Shown piece after piece: positions 52,733 to 62,269 of a stretch of DNA of 64,000 bases. Origin of the DNA: an uncultured Oscillospiraceae bacterium (GTDB lineage: Bacteria; Bacillota; Clostridia; Oscillospirales; Oscillospiraceae). The notes beneath the pieces were generated by a model. That model had not been told where the DNA came from. It searched no databases and was given only the letters and a program-made list of their open reading frames with translations. The DNA is taken from positions 2,226-66,225 of the forward strand of contig CANQJZ010000008.1 of NCBI GenBank assembly GCA_947624385.1, given 5' to 3'. Made by a program: the position numbers and the translations under genes. Position 1 is the stretch's first letter. Each line of letters opens with the position of its first letter.

Positions 52733-53752
52733 ACTGTGGGCGCGGCCAAGAACGGCGGCGGCCACGGCGGTGAAGGCCGCGGAAAGCAGCAGCCGGCAGT
52801 AAAAATCCACGCCCCGGCTCACTATCATCGCCGGCAGGGTCAGCGCGCCGAACACCGGCGCGAAGGCGGTCAGAAACAGCGCCTCCGTCACCCCCATGCC
52901 ACCCGGCAGGGGCAGCATGTCCGCCGCCACGGTGATCATCGCCTGGGTCACGGCGATGTCCAGCCACCGGCCGGGGATGCCGAAGCTCCGGCACACCAGC
53001 CAGGGGACCGTGAACAGGGCGAAGCGCTGGGCGAAGGTGATGAGCTGCACCACCAGCATAAGCCCCATGTGGCTCTTGAAGTACCCCGCCGTCTCATGGT
53101 AGCGCTCCATGGCGGCCAGAAGCTTCTCCCGCCGGGAGCCGCTGCGGCGCAGGATATGCAGCTTTTCCAGCAGCTTGTGGCCCCCGTCCATGGTCCTGCG
53201 GGCCAGGTGGGGATGGAATACCAGCGTCAGCAGCAGACTGGTGAACCCCACCGTCAGCGCCAGGCCCAGCCAGAAAAGGAGCATCATGTCCCCAAAGCGG
53301 GCCGCGAGAAAGTCCCGCCGGAACAGGGCCATAAAAAGCCCCGTCAGCACCAGCACCAGCTTGTAGGTGATGGTGACGGCCATCAATATCACGGCGGAGA
53401 CCGGCACCGGGATACGCTCGCGCCGGAGGAAATAGGCCTGCATGGGCTGGCCGCCCCCGGCGGAGGGGGTCACGGCGGAGAAGAAAAACCCCGCCGAGGA
53501 CACCAGAAAGCACCGCCCCTGGCTCAGATGATAGCCGCAGGAGCGCAGCAGCAGCCGCAGGATAATGGCCTCGCCGCCGATGAACGCCAGCACGCATAGG
53601 ATAGCGGGCAGCAGCCACCGGCTGTCGCAGCCCTCGATGGCCTCGCGTATGGCGTTTATATCCTGGCCCCGGAACACCGCGTACAGGGTAAGGCCCAGCA
53701 CGGCGACGAACAAAAGGGTGTTGCCGAGGATCTTTTTCCGGTTTTCCTTCAT
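52703..53752 (-). CDS. lysylphosphatidylglycerol-synthase-TM-region / flippase-like family membrane protein (UPF0104)
   Basis: Start MKENRKKILGNTLLFVAVLGL with an ATGA overlap with the upstream PAP2 stop. About 8 TM helices, with P.GGG and LP.PGG.G..E motifs typical of the family. Confidence 0.8.
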   Translation of the reverse strand: MKENRKKILGNTLLFVAVLGLTLYAVFRGQDINAIREAIEGCDSRWLLPAILCVLAFIGGEAIILRLLLRSCGYHLSQGRCFLVSSAGFFFSAVTPSAGGGQPMQAYFLRRERIPVPVSAVILMAVTITYKLVLVLTGLFMALFRRDFLAARFGDMMLLFWLGLALTVGFTSLLLTLVFHPHLARRTMDGGHKLLEKLHILRRSGSRREKLLAAMERYHETAGYFKSHMGLMLVVQLITFAQRFALFTVPWLVCRSFGIPGRWLDIAVTQAMITVAADMLPLPGGMGVTEALFLTAFAPVFGALTLPAMIVSRGVDFYCRLLLSAAFTAVAAAVLGRAHSGTQTGHNRP

Positions 53753-54429
53753 GGGCCGTCCCTTTCTGTCACCGGTGTGCGCCGCGTCCAAAGCCGTCTG
53801 TACCAGGCGGAGAGGGATGTGCGGGCGGCGGTCTGCCAGCAAAGCTCCGCCAGGGCGCATCCCGCCAGCGCGTCCGCCAGCACGTGCTGCCGGGTGGTCA
53901 GGGTGGACGCCGCGATGGCCAGGGCGAAGGCCAGGGAAAAGCCCCGGTACCAGGCCGGTATGTCCTTCTGCCCCCGCAGGCCCGCCCAGCAGAGCCAGCT
54001 GCAAAAGCAGTGCATGGAGGGGAAAAGCGCGTCCGGCGCGTCCACGGCGTAAATAAGGCCCAGCAGCCACCCAAAGGGCGCGTCCGCCGGTATCTCCGGC
54101 CGGAGGTTGGTGGTGGGCAGGAGCAGAAAAGCCGCGAAGCACACAAGCTTTCCCAGAGCGTCCGCCGCCAGGAAGCGAAAGCCGTTTTCCTCGTCCTGCC
54201 GGACGGCCAGCACGTAATTGGCCGCCCAGAAGGCGTAGGCCAGCACGTATATGACCACGGTCCAGGGCAGAAACGGCACGGCGCCGTCCAGCGCGCCTGT
54301 CATGTCCCGGTGGGGCCAGGCCGCCGTGATGCCCTTGGCGCCCCAGTACACCGCGCCCTGCAATATGAGCGCGCCCAGCAGCGGCAGGCGGCCATAGACG
54401 GGAACAAGAGGACGGCGGACTGAGGTCAT
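53749..54429 (-). CDS. PAP2-superfamily (PAP2_C / sphingomyelin-synthase-like) membrane phosphatase or transferase
   Basis: FPSMHCF......TRQHVLAD corresponds to the C2/C3 motifs (S.H ... SR...H...D). About six TM helices. Confidence 0.75.
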   Translation of the reverse strand: MTSVRRPLVPVYGRLPLLGALILQGAVYWGAKGITAAWPHRDMTGALDGAVPFLPWTVVIYVLAYAFWAANYVLAVRQDEENGFRFLAADALGKLVCFAAFLLLPTTNLRPEIPADAPFGWLLGLIYAVDAPDALFPSMHCFCSWLCWAGLRGQKDIPAWYRGFSLAFALAIAASTLTTRQHVLADALAGCALAELCWQTAARTSLSAWYRRLWTRRTPVTERDGP

Positions 54430-54560
54430 GGGGGCGCTCCTTTTGATAAGTGATGCTTATTCATTGTACCAGATTTTCCGGTCATTGTCTACGAATTTGG
54501 CCTTACAGTTTTGTAATATACTACTAAGTCGTCAAGAAAGCGGTAAAGGAAAGGGTAAAT

Positions 54561-55862
54561 TTACCTTTGCAGGGGCAGGTACACGGTCATGCGGGTGCCC
54601 ACGCCCTCGTAGGAGGTCAGGCCGATGGACCCGCCGTGGCGGGACACGATCCACCGGGCGATGGCCAGCCCCAGGCCGCTGCCGCCGGCGCCGCCCTTGC
54701 GGGCGCTGTCGGCGCGGTAGAACCGCTCGAACACGTGGGGCGCGTCGGCCCGGGCGATGCCGGGGCCGTTGTCCTGCACCTCCAACGCGGCTCGGTTTCC
54801 ATCCACGCCGGTGCGGATGGTGATACGGGTGTCCGCCGGGGCGTATTTGCGGGCGTTGTCCGCCAGGACCCGGACCGCCTGCTTTAATAATGCCGGGTCC
54901 GCCCGGACGCTTACGGGCGCGGGCGCGTCCAGCACGTACTCGTGGCTGGCGTCGATCATCCGGCTCTCCTCCCAGACCTCGTGGGCCAGCTCGGACAGGT
55001 CCAGGGCCTCCAGCTTTAATTCCTGCCGGCCGGCGTCCCCGCGGGCCAGAAATAAGAGCTGCTCCACCAGCGTCTTCATGTGCTCCGTCTCGGTCTGGAT
55101 GGCCCGGATGGACTCGTTCAGGACCTTTTCGTCCGTCTTGCCCCAGCGGGAGAGCATGTCGGCATAGCCCTGGATGACGGCGATGGGGGTGCGCAGCTCG
55201 TGGCTGGCGTCGTCCACGAACCGGACCTGCTGGCGGTAGCCGGCGTGCATGCGGGCGATCAGGTTGTTCACCGCCGTTTCCAGACCGGCCAGGTCGCTGT
55301 CCCCCACGTGCAGCTGCTCGTCCGGGGAGGCGCCGTTCAGGTGGTCGATGGCCTCCTCCAGGGAGTGGAACTTGCTCTCGTCAAAGCCGTGGGCGGAGAT
55401 GCTCTCCGTCACCTGGGCGATGTCGTCGATGGGCCGCAGATACCGGCGGACCCGCCGGGTGGCCCCGAAGCAGCCGATGAGCCAAAATAGCAGCCGCGCC
55501 GCCGTGAGACATTCCAGCGAAAAGCCCAGCCAGAACAAAAACCCGCCCATCTCCGCCTGGGTATCCCCCGCGTGGAAGAGCACGTTGTCGGCGTAGACGT
55601 TTTCCTCGTCGCTGTTTTGGAGCAGGTACAGGGCATAGCCCGGGTCCGCCAGCATCACGTCCAGGAGGTTATAGGGCTTGGGGAACTGGATATAAAATTC
55701 CGTGCCCGGTTTTAAGGGCACGCCCGCCGCCTGGGCGGTGGCGACGCACCAGACAAGCGCGGCCACCAGAAACAGCGCCACGGTCTGCCAGATAATGCGC
55801 CAGAGCTTGCCCCACTGGCCCCGCCAGGCGATACGCCGGGCGATGGAGGTGGTGCGGTTCAC
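54561..55862 (-). CDS. sensor histidine kinase (two TM helices, HisKA, HATPase_c)
   Basis: H-box FVDDASHELRTPI, N-box DNARKY, DNGPGI, GGSGLGLAIARW. Confidence 0.85.
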   Translation of the reverse strand: MNRTTSIARRIAWRGQWGKLWRIIWQTVALFLVAALVWCVATAQAAGVPLKPGTEFYIQFPKPYNLLDVMLADPGYALYLLQNSDEENVYADNVLFHAGDTQAEMGGFLFWLGFSLECLTAARLLFWLIGCFGATRRVRRYLRPIDDIAQVTESISAHGFDESKFHSLEEAIDHLNGASPDEQLHVGDSDLAGLETAVNNLIARMHAGYRQQVRFVDDASHELRTPIAVIQGYADMLSRWGKTDEKVLNESIRAIQTETEHMKTLVEQLLFLARGDAGRQELKLEALDLSELAHEVWEESRMIDASHEYVLDAPAPVSVRADPALLKQAVRVLADNARKYAPADTRITIRTGVDGNRAALEVQDNGPGIARADAPHVFERFYRADSARKGGAGGSGLGLAIARWIVSRHGGSIGLTSYEGVGTRMTVYLPLQR

Positions 55863-56545
55863 GGCTCGTCCCCCTTCAGCACATACCCCACGCCCCGGAC
55901 GGTGTGGATGAGCTTCACCCCAAAGGCGTCGTCCAGCTTTTGGCGCAGATAGCGGATGTACACGTCAACGACATTCGTCTCCCCGGCGTAATCGTAGCCC
56001 CAGACCTTTTCCAGAAGCATGTCCCGGGTCTGCACGATGTCCCGGTTCTCCAGCAGGGTCTGCAGCAGCAGAAATTCCTTATACGTCAGGGTCAGGGGCG
56101 CGTCGCCGTAGGCGGCGGTGTGCCGGGCCGGGTCCAGGGTGAGCCCGCCGCAGCGCAGCACGGCGGTGCGGCGGATGTTGGGCGCGCCGGTGCGCAGAGC
56201 GGCCCGGATACGGGCCAGAAGCTCCTCGATGGAGAAGGGCTTGGTGATATAGTCGTTGGCCCCCATGTCCAGGCCGCTCACTTTGTCCATGACCGCGTCA
56301 CGGGCGGTGAGCAGGAGTACGGGGGTGTCCTTTTCGTTTCGCAGCCGGCGCAGCACCTCCAGGCCGTTCAGGCCGGGGAGCATCACGTCCAGCAGGATAA
56401 GGTCGAAGGGGCCGGAAAGGGCCGCTTCCAGCCCTTCCCGACCGTCGGCGGCCCTGGTGACGGCGTAGCCCTCGTGGTCCAGCTCCAGCTCCAGAAACCG
56501 GGCCAGACGGGCCTCGTCCTCCACGATCAGTATGTTCGCGCCCAT
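55859..56545 (-). CDS. OmpR/PhoB-family response regulator
   Basis: ILIVEDE....LLDVMLPGLNG...LTA receiver domain and a winged-helix output domain (LTYKEFLLLQTLLEN......R..LL..VWGYD). Confidence 0.9.
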   Translation of the reverse strand: MGANILIVEDEARLARFLELELDHEGYAVTRAADGREGLEAALSGPFDLILLDVMLPGLNGLEVLRRLRNEKDTPVLLLTARDAVMDKVSGLDMGANDYITKPFSIEELLARIRAALRTGAPNIRRTAVLRCGGLTLDPARHTAAYGDAPLTLTYKEFLLLQTLLENRDIVQTRDMLLEKVWGYDYAGETNVVDVYIRYLRQKLDDAFGVKLIHTVRGVGYVLKGDEP

Positions 56546-56548
56546 GGT

Positions 56549-57109
56549 TTACGGGTCCTGTTTGTCCTGGCCGTCCTGACCGGCGGCGTTCTGGATGGAC
56601 TGCTTGATGTCCCCGGCCAGGTCGCTCATCTTGCCCATGGCGTCGTTGATGCCGTCTTTGCCAAGCTGACGGCCCTCGAAGCGATAGCGGCAGTCGCAGA
56701 AAAGCCCCGCGATCAGCGCCACCAGCACCAGCCCGAAGCTGGCGAAAAGCAGCACCAGCAGTACCAAGACCGGCATGCCCAGAAGCCGCTTGCCCCGGCG
56801 CTCCACCACGAAGTCGTTATCCAGGGTGATACGGAAAAATTTCTTCACATACTCCCACAGCACCGCAAAGCCGTTGGAGAAAAAGCCGGGGCCTTTGTGG
56901 GCGGTCACGTTCTTCACGGGCTTGACGCCGCTGTCACCGCCGGCGGCCGTGTCCGCGTGTACGGCGGCGCCGTCGGTCTTGTGGGCCCGCTCCAGGGCCA
57001 CCATGGCGTCCAGCATGTCCCAGTTGTTCTCTTCCAAAGCGGCGCGGGCTTCCTCCAAAGACACGCCCGCCTTTTTGCTCAAAAGCTCCGCCATTTCGTA
57101 TCGTTCCAT
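56549..57109 (-). CDS. UBA/TS-N-like plus DUF4342-like membrane protein
   Basis: N-terminal AELLSKKAGVSLEEARAALEENNWDMLDAMVALE (EF-Ts N-terminal/UBA-like fold), a central beta-rich segment and one TM helix. AAGGAGG lies 8 nt upstream. Confidence 0.7.
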   Translation of the reverse strand: MERYEMAELLSKKAGVSLEEARAALEENNWDMLDAMVALERAHKTDGAAVHADTAAGGDSGVKPVKNVTAHKGPGFFSNGFAVLWEYVKKFFRITLDNDFVVERRGKRLLGMPVLVLLVLLFASFGLVLVALIAGLFCDCRYRFEGRQLGKDGINDAMGKMSDLAGDIKQSIQNAAGQDGQDKQDP

Positions 57110-57190
57110 GCGCGATACCTCCTTGTCTTTATCTGAGAGCAGGATACCACGGCAAATTTAAAGGCAAATGCAAGGAAGATTAAAAACCGA

Positions 57191-58405
57191 TTAAATCTGC
57201 ACCGGCGCGGGCGTGGGCGAGGTATCCGGCGCCTGGGTGGGCTCAGGGTCGTCGGAAAAGCTGAAGTCCCCCGGACAGGCCGGATAGTCGCTGGTGTCCC
57301 ACCAGTAAACGCCCCAGAGCCGCTCGTCCCCGGACAGAAATACGTCCGGGCCGGACACGTCCACGTGATAGCTGGTCCCCGCCAGGGTCACCATGTTCCA
57401 GCAGTGCTCCTGGCCGTCCATGCGGCCCGCCACGGTCCGGCAGTCCAGGCCGATGCTCTGGCAGCAGGCCTGCAGCGCCAGGGCCAGGCCCTCGCTGTCC
57501 GCCGCGCCGTTCATGAGCGCGTCCCAGGCGGTCGCCCCGGCGGTGTCGTCCGCCTGGCACCGGTCCGCCAGCCGTCCGCACAAAAGCCGCAGCCGCTCCG
57601 CCCCGTCCAGGGCCTGTTCCCGCGCCGACGGGCTCGGCGACGGGGAGGCGTCATCCGACGATGGCGCGGGGGTCAGGCCCGCCGTGATCTCCGCTATCGC
57701 CGTGGTCAGCTCTTCCCGGCGCCGGGAGAGGGCTGACGGGTCCAGGCCGTAATCCAGCGTCAGCTCCGCGATACGGGTCACGCCCGTTTCCGGGAACAAT
57801 GCCGCGTCCACCTCCGGCAGCACGGGACAGGCCAGCGCGTCGGCGTAATAGGCCGCCGACACGTACGCCCGCAGGGTGTCGGCCGTGGCGGAGGCGTCGG
57901 ATATTTCCAGAACAAGATAGGTCTCGCCCGCCCGGAGAGCCCCGTCCAGCCGGTCCTTCAGGGCCGACACGGACCGCACCCGCTCCAGCGCGTCCGCCTG
58001 GGCGGCCGTGCGCTTATAGGTGATGTTCACCTCCGCCTGGTAGTAGCTGACGATGCGGCTCAGGTCGTAGCTGATGGTGTCCACGGCGAAGGCACCCAGG
58101 GCCGTGGAGGACTTCACGTCCCAGCAGGCGGTGGACAGGTCCTGGCTGACGGAGCCCTCGTAGCCGTTGAATTGCAGCTGGGCGGACTGCACGTGGTCCG
58201 TCACCAGCGCCAGAACGGCCCGGCGCAGGGCGGCGTAATCGGTGATGTTGTCAGGCGCGTCCGCCGCCTCGTCCTCCGGGGGCGCCGGGGGCTGGTAGGG
58301 CTCGCTGGAGGCGTATTGGGTGTCGTAAAGGCTGGCGCAGCCGCAAAACGCCAGCGCGCATATAAGCGCCAGCAGGGCCGGCAGCGCCCGGGGTCGGCGT
58401 CTCAT
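57191..58405 (-). CDS. lipoprotein with a C-terminal transglutaminase-like domain (the nucleophile position appears to be Ser)
   Basis: Lipobox in MRRRPRALPALLALICALAFCGC. C-terminal ADSEGLALALQACCQSIGLDCRTVAGRMDGQEHCWNMVTLAGTSYHVDVS resembles G.C.G.A...G....HaWN...Y.vD. Confidence 0.7.
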   Translation of the reverse strand: MRRRPRALPALLALICALAFCGCASLYDTQYASSEPYQPPAPPEDEAADAPDNITDYAALRRAVLALVTDHVQSAQLQFNGYEGSVSQDLSTACWDVKSSTALGAFAVDTISYDLSRIVSYYQAEVNITYKRTAAQADALERVRSVSALKDRLDGALRAGETYLVLEISDASATADTLRAYVSAAYYADALACPVLPEVDAALFPETGVTRIAELTLDYGLDPSALSRRREELTTAIAEITAGLTPAPSSDDASPSPSPSAREQALDGAERLRLLCGRLADRCQADDTAGATAWDALMNGAADSEGLALALQACCQSIGLDCRTVAGRMDGQEHCWNMVTLAGTSYHVDVSGPDVFLSGDERLWGVYWWDTSDYPACPGDFSFSDDPEPTQAPDTSPTPAPVQI

Positions 58406-58406
58406 G

Positions 58407-58994
58407 TCAGCAGCCCAGGTCCTGGCGGATGAGCACGACCTCCATCGTCTCGCACCAGGAGGGCTTTTTCCACAGCACCACCAGGGCGTTGCAGATACGG
58501 TCCGGGCTGGCGCAGTCGTGGCACACCCCGTCCACGGCACAGGGAGTCTTTTTATGGAGCCGCTGGGCGTTTTTGGGCGCGGCGATGTTCCGGGCCCGGT
58601 CCAGAGCCTCCGGGAATGGGCCGGAGAGCTTGTTTTGGCCGATGACGAAGATCACCCGCTCCTTTTTCATCAGCGTGCCGGCCACCCGGTTGCCCCGGCC
58701 GTCGATGTTCAGGATGTACCCTTCCTCCGATACGGCGTTGGCGCTGGTGATGTACACCTGGGCGTTGTCCGCGGGGATACAGGTGTCGTCCCCGGGGACG
58801 GTCTGGTGCCAGTAGACGGTGTTGTCCGCCGCCAGGCGGTCGTACACGTCCAGAGCGGCCAGGGTCATGCTGCCGCCCATGCCGATGCTCTTGCCGTGCA
58901 GGGAGCCGGCCAGGTAGTCCGCCGCGGCCTCTGCGGTGTCAAATTCCGTGACGGTGAAGCCGTTTTTCCGAAGATCCTCCACGATGCTTGCCAT
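58407..58994 (-). CDS. LUD-domain (LutC/YkgG-like lactate utilisation family) protein
   Basis: Start MASIVEDLRKNGF with GGGAGG upstream. Overall LUD_dom pattern (..GMGGS.T......L........). Confidence 0.7.
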   Translation of the reverse strand: MASIVEDLRKNGFTVTEFDTAEAAADYLAGSLHGKSIGMGGSMTLAALDVYDRLAADNTVYWHQTVPGDDTCIPADNAQVYITSANAVSEEGYILNIDGRGNRVAGTLMKKERVIFVIGQNKLSGPFPEALDRARNIAAPKNAQRLHKKTPCAVDGVCHDCASPDRICNALVVLWKKPSWCETMEVVLIRQDLGC

Positions 58995-59020
58995 AGCGCG
59001 TTCCTCCCAATGTATAAAAA

Positions 59021-59893
59021 TCAATCTGTCTTAACGATGTCCTGGAAGTTCTTGCCGAACACCTCGTGGGACTGGGTGACGATCACGAAGGCGTTGGGGT
59101 CGATGTCGGACACCATCTTTTTCAGCGCGGGCAGCTGCTGGCGCTTGGCGGCGCACAGCACCACGTCCCGCTCCTCGCCGCTGTAGGCCCCCTCGCCCTT
59201 TAAGAGCGTGGCCCCCCGGTGGAGGGTGACGCCGATGTGCTGGGCGATGGCGTGGGGGTGGACGGTGATGATGTAGCAGACGCTGGAGTTGGCCGTGCCG
59301 TACAGCAGCAGGTTCACCACCCGGCTGGACACGAACATGGTGATGATGGTGTACATGGCCGCGTCAAAGCGCTTGAAGATGATGGCGAAGGCCACCACCA
59401 CCGTGGCGTCCAGCGCCAGGCCGATGGTGCCAAGCTGCATGTAGCCGTATTTGCGCCGCAGCAGCCTTGACAGGATGTCCGTGCCGCCGCTGGTGCCGCC
59501 GGTGACGAAAATGAGCCCGTAGCCCAGGCCCTTCAAAAGCCCGCCGTACACCGCCGCCAGCAAAATGTCGTCCGTCAGGCGGATATGCAGGGCGTTGAAC
59601 ATGTCGATGGCCACGCTGGAACCCAGCATGCCGATCAGGGAGTAGACGATGAACCGCAGACCGAACTTTCTCCCGGCCACCACGAAAAGCGGGATGTTCA
59701 TGACGATGATCATCACGCCCACGGGCAGACCGGTCAGCAGGTTCAATATCTGCGCGATGCCGGTGAGCCCGCCGGAGACGATGCTGTTGGGGTAGGTGAG
59801 GAAGGAGAAGCTGGCTCCCGCGATGAGGCAGCCCAGCACGTTGATCGCCACGGCCCTGCCGTCGGTGATGAGAAAACGCTTGAGTTTGTTCAT
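59021..59893 (-). CDS. YitT-family membrane protein (DUF2179 C-terminal domain)
   Basis: Start MNKLKRFLITDG. FL.PN.I..GG..G.A pattern, five TM helices, C-terminal DPNAFVIV. Confidence 0.85.
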   Translation of the reverse strand: MNKLKRFLITDGRAVAINVLGCLIAGASFSFLTYPNSIVSGGLTGIAQILNLLTGLPVGVMIIVMNIPLFVVAGRKFGLRFIVYSLIGMLGSSVAIDMFNALHIRLTDDILLAAVYGGLLKGLGYGLIFVTGGTSGGTDILSRLLRRKYGYMQLGTIGLALDATVVVAFAIIFKRFDAAMYTIITMFVSSRVVNLLLYGTANSSVCYIITVHPHAIAQHIGVTLHRGATLLKGEGAYSGEERDVVLCAAKRQQLPALKKMVSDIDPNAFVIVTQSHEVFGKNFQDIVKTD

Positions 59894-59945
59894 GATGGAC
59901 CTCGAATAACGCGCAAAGGCGCACATTGTTGTTGACAACCCTTCC

Positions 59946-59990
59946 GGCCCGGCTGACGCCGGGCCACCTCCCCTTGCACAGGGGAGGCGT
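59946..59990. repeat. GC-rich mosaic hairpin repeat, locus L
   Basis: ggcccggc/gccgggcc (59946-59965) and cctcccctt/ggggagg (59967-59987). ccacctccccttgcacaggggaggcgtt is identical to 41190-41217. Confidence 0.8.
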
Positions 59991-60003
59991 TCAATAAGGA
60001 AAT

Positions 60004-62244
60004 TTAGACGAACGTCATCTGTTCCTCGCCTCTATCCGCGTCGGTGAGTTTCGCGCCGGAGGCGGGGATGGTGCGGACCCGGTAGCGGGACTGGTTCTGG
60101 ATGGCCGTCTCGGAAAGAGGCCGGGCATTCACCACCGGGTGCTTTTTCACGGTCATGACCTGCACGCCCTGGGTGGTGCGGCTCGTCTTGGGGGAAAGCA
60201 GCGCCGTGGAGAACACCACGCACCGGCCCTCCGCCGACGTGACGGCGATCTCCGTCTCGCCCTCCAGGGGCAGCAGAGAGACAAGAGGGCTCTTGTCAGA
60301 GTACGCGCCGGTGAGCTTTTTCCGGTTTGTCTTGGTGGCGTAGGCGGCCAGGGGCAGCCGGGCGCACTTGCCGTTGGCGAAAAAGAGCAGGATGGTCCCG
60401 GTATAGTCCCCCGCCGGGACGGCGGTCAAAAACGCCTCCCCCTCGTCAAAGCCCAGAAGGGCGGGCAGATAGTCGCCAAGGGCGCTGGCCTTTGTCTCTT
60501 TTACGTCCGCCACCCGCAGCTTGTACGCCTGCTGCTTATCCGTGAAGACGAGAAGCTCCGCGCTGTTTGTGCTGTCCCAATACCAGCCAAGGCCGTCGTC
60601 CTCCTTGTATTTCTGCTCGCCGCTCATGCGCAGGCTCTGGGGGGTGATCTTCTTGAAATACCCGTGCCGGGACAGGAACAGGTGTACCGGATAGTCCTCC
60701 ACGGCGGCGGGGCCCTCGTCAAATTCCTCGATCTCCCGGGCGTAGACGATGCCGGTGCGCCGGGGGGAGGGGTATTTTTTCATGACCGCCTTTAATTCGT
60801 CGGCGATGATGGAGCGGATACGGCGCTTGTTCTTGAGGGTGTCCTCCAGGTCGGCGATGTCCTTCGCCAGCTCCTCCGTCTCGGCCACGCGTTTTAAGAT
60901 GTACTCCCGGTTGATGTTCCGTAGCTTTATCTCCGCCACGAACTCCGCCTGGGTCTCGTCGATGCCGAAGCCGATCATCAGGTTCGGCACCACGTCCGCC
61001 TCCGTCTCCGTCTCCCGGATGATGGCGATGGCCCGGTCGATGTCCAGCAAGATGGCCTTGAGGCCCTCCAAAAGGTGGAGCTTTTCCTTCTTGCGGGACA
61101 GGTCGAACCAGACCCGCCGCCGGACGCACTCGGTCCGCCAGGCGATCCACTCGGTCAATATCTCCCGCACGCCCATCACACGGGGCGACCCGGCGATCAG
61201 GATATTGAAGTTGCAGGGGTAGTTGTCCTGTAAGGGCGTGAGCTTATAGAGCTTGGCCATGAGCCGGTCCGGGTCCGTGCCCCGCTTGATATCAATGGCA
61301 AGCTTCAGCCCGCCCAGGTCCGTCTCGTCCCGCATGTCGGCGATCTCTTTTATTTTGCCGTCTTTTATGAGGTCCCGGCATTTTTCGATGACCGCCTCGG
61401 CGGTGGTGGTGTAGGGCAGCTCGTATATCTCGATGATGTGCTCTTTTTCCACGTAGCGCCACCGGGCCCGGACCGGGAAGGAGCCGCGGCCGGTGTTGTA
61501 TATCTCCGCCATCTGGCCGGGGTCGTAGACGATCTCGCCGCCGGTGGGGAAGTCCGGGGCCGGCATGGTGGACATGATCTCGTGGTCCGGGTCCCGCAAA
61601 AGCTCGATGGTGGTCTGGCAGACCTCGGCCAGATTGAACCCGCATATCTGGCTGGCCATGCCCACGGCGATACCTAAATTGGCGCTGACAAGCACGTTGG
61701 GGAAGGTGGTGGGCAGGAGGGTGGGTTCGGTGGTGGTGTTATCGTAGTTGGGCTGGAAGTCCACCGTGTCCTTGTCGATGTCCCGGAACAGCTCCGCGCA
61801 CACCGGGGCCAGCTTGGCCTCCGTGTACCGGCTGGCGGCGTAGGCCATATCCCGGCTGTATACCTTGCCGAAATTGCCCTTGCTGTCCACAAAGGGCACG
61901 TTCAGCGCGCCGTTATCCCGGGTCAGGCGGACCATGGTCTCGTAGATGGCCGCGTCCCCGTGGGGGTTATAGTGCATGGTCTGGCCCACGATGTTGGCGG
62001 ACTTGGTGCGGCCGCCGTTCAGAAGGCCCATTTTGTACATGCAGTAGAGAAGCTTGCGGTGGCTGGGCTTGAACCCGTCGATCTCCGGGATGGCCCGGGA
62101 CACGATCACGCTCATGGCGTAGGGCATGAAGTTCAGCTCCAGCGTGTCGGTGATGGGCTGGTCGATGGTCTCCCCCCGCAGGCCCATCACGTTGGGGTCC
62201 ATACCGCGCTTTTTGGGCTGGTCGTCTTTTGCTTTGCGTGCCAT
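60004..62244 (-). CDS. parC: DNA topoisomerase IV / gyrase subunit A family protein (ParC-like)
   Basis: YAMSVIVSRAIPEIDGFKPSHRKLLY, catalytic AASRYTE, C-terminal beta-pinwheel repeats. Confidence 0.9.
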   Translation of the reverse strand: MARKAKDDQPKKRGMDPNVMGLRGETIDQPITDTLELNFMPYAMSVIVSRAIPEIDGFKPSHRKLLYCMYKMGLLNGGRTKSANIVGQTMHYNPHGDAAIYETMVRLTRDNGALNVPFVDSKGNFGKVYSRDMAYAASRYTEAKLAPVCAELFRDIDKDTVDFQPNYDNTTTEPTLLPTTFPNVLVSANLGIAVGMASQICGFNLAEVCQTTIELLRDPDHEIMSTMPAPDFPTGGEIVYDPGQMAEIYNTGRGSFPVRARWRYVEKEHIIEIYELPYTTTAEAVIEKCRDLIKDGKIKEIADMRDETDLGGLKLAIDIKRGTDPDRLMAKLYKLTPLQDNYPCNFNILIAGSPRVMGVREILTEWIAWRTECVRRRVWFDLSRKKEKLHLLEGLKAILLDIDRAIAIIRETETEADVVPNLMIGFGIDETQAEFVAEIKLRNINREYILKRVAETEELAKDIADLEDTLKNKRRIRSIIADELKAVMKKYPSPRRTGIVYAREIEEFDEGPAAVEDYPVHLFLSRHGYFKKITPQSLRMSGEQKYKEDDGLGWYWDSTNSAELLVFTDKQQAYKLRVADVKETKASALGDYLPALLGFDEGEAFLTAVPAGDYTGTILLFFANGKCARLPLAAYATKTNRKKLTGAYSDKSPLVSLLPLEGETEIAVTSAEGRCVVFSTALLSPKTSRTTQGVQVMTVKKHPVVNARPLSETAIQNQSRYRVRTIPASGAKLTDADRGEEQMTFV

Positions 62245-62269
62245 AGAGTTTTACCCTTTTCTGTATAGT

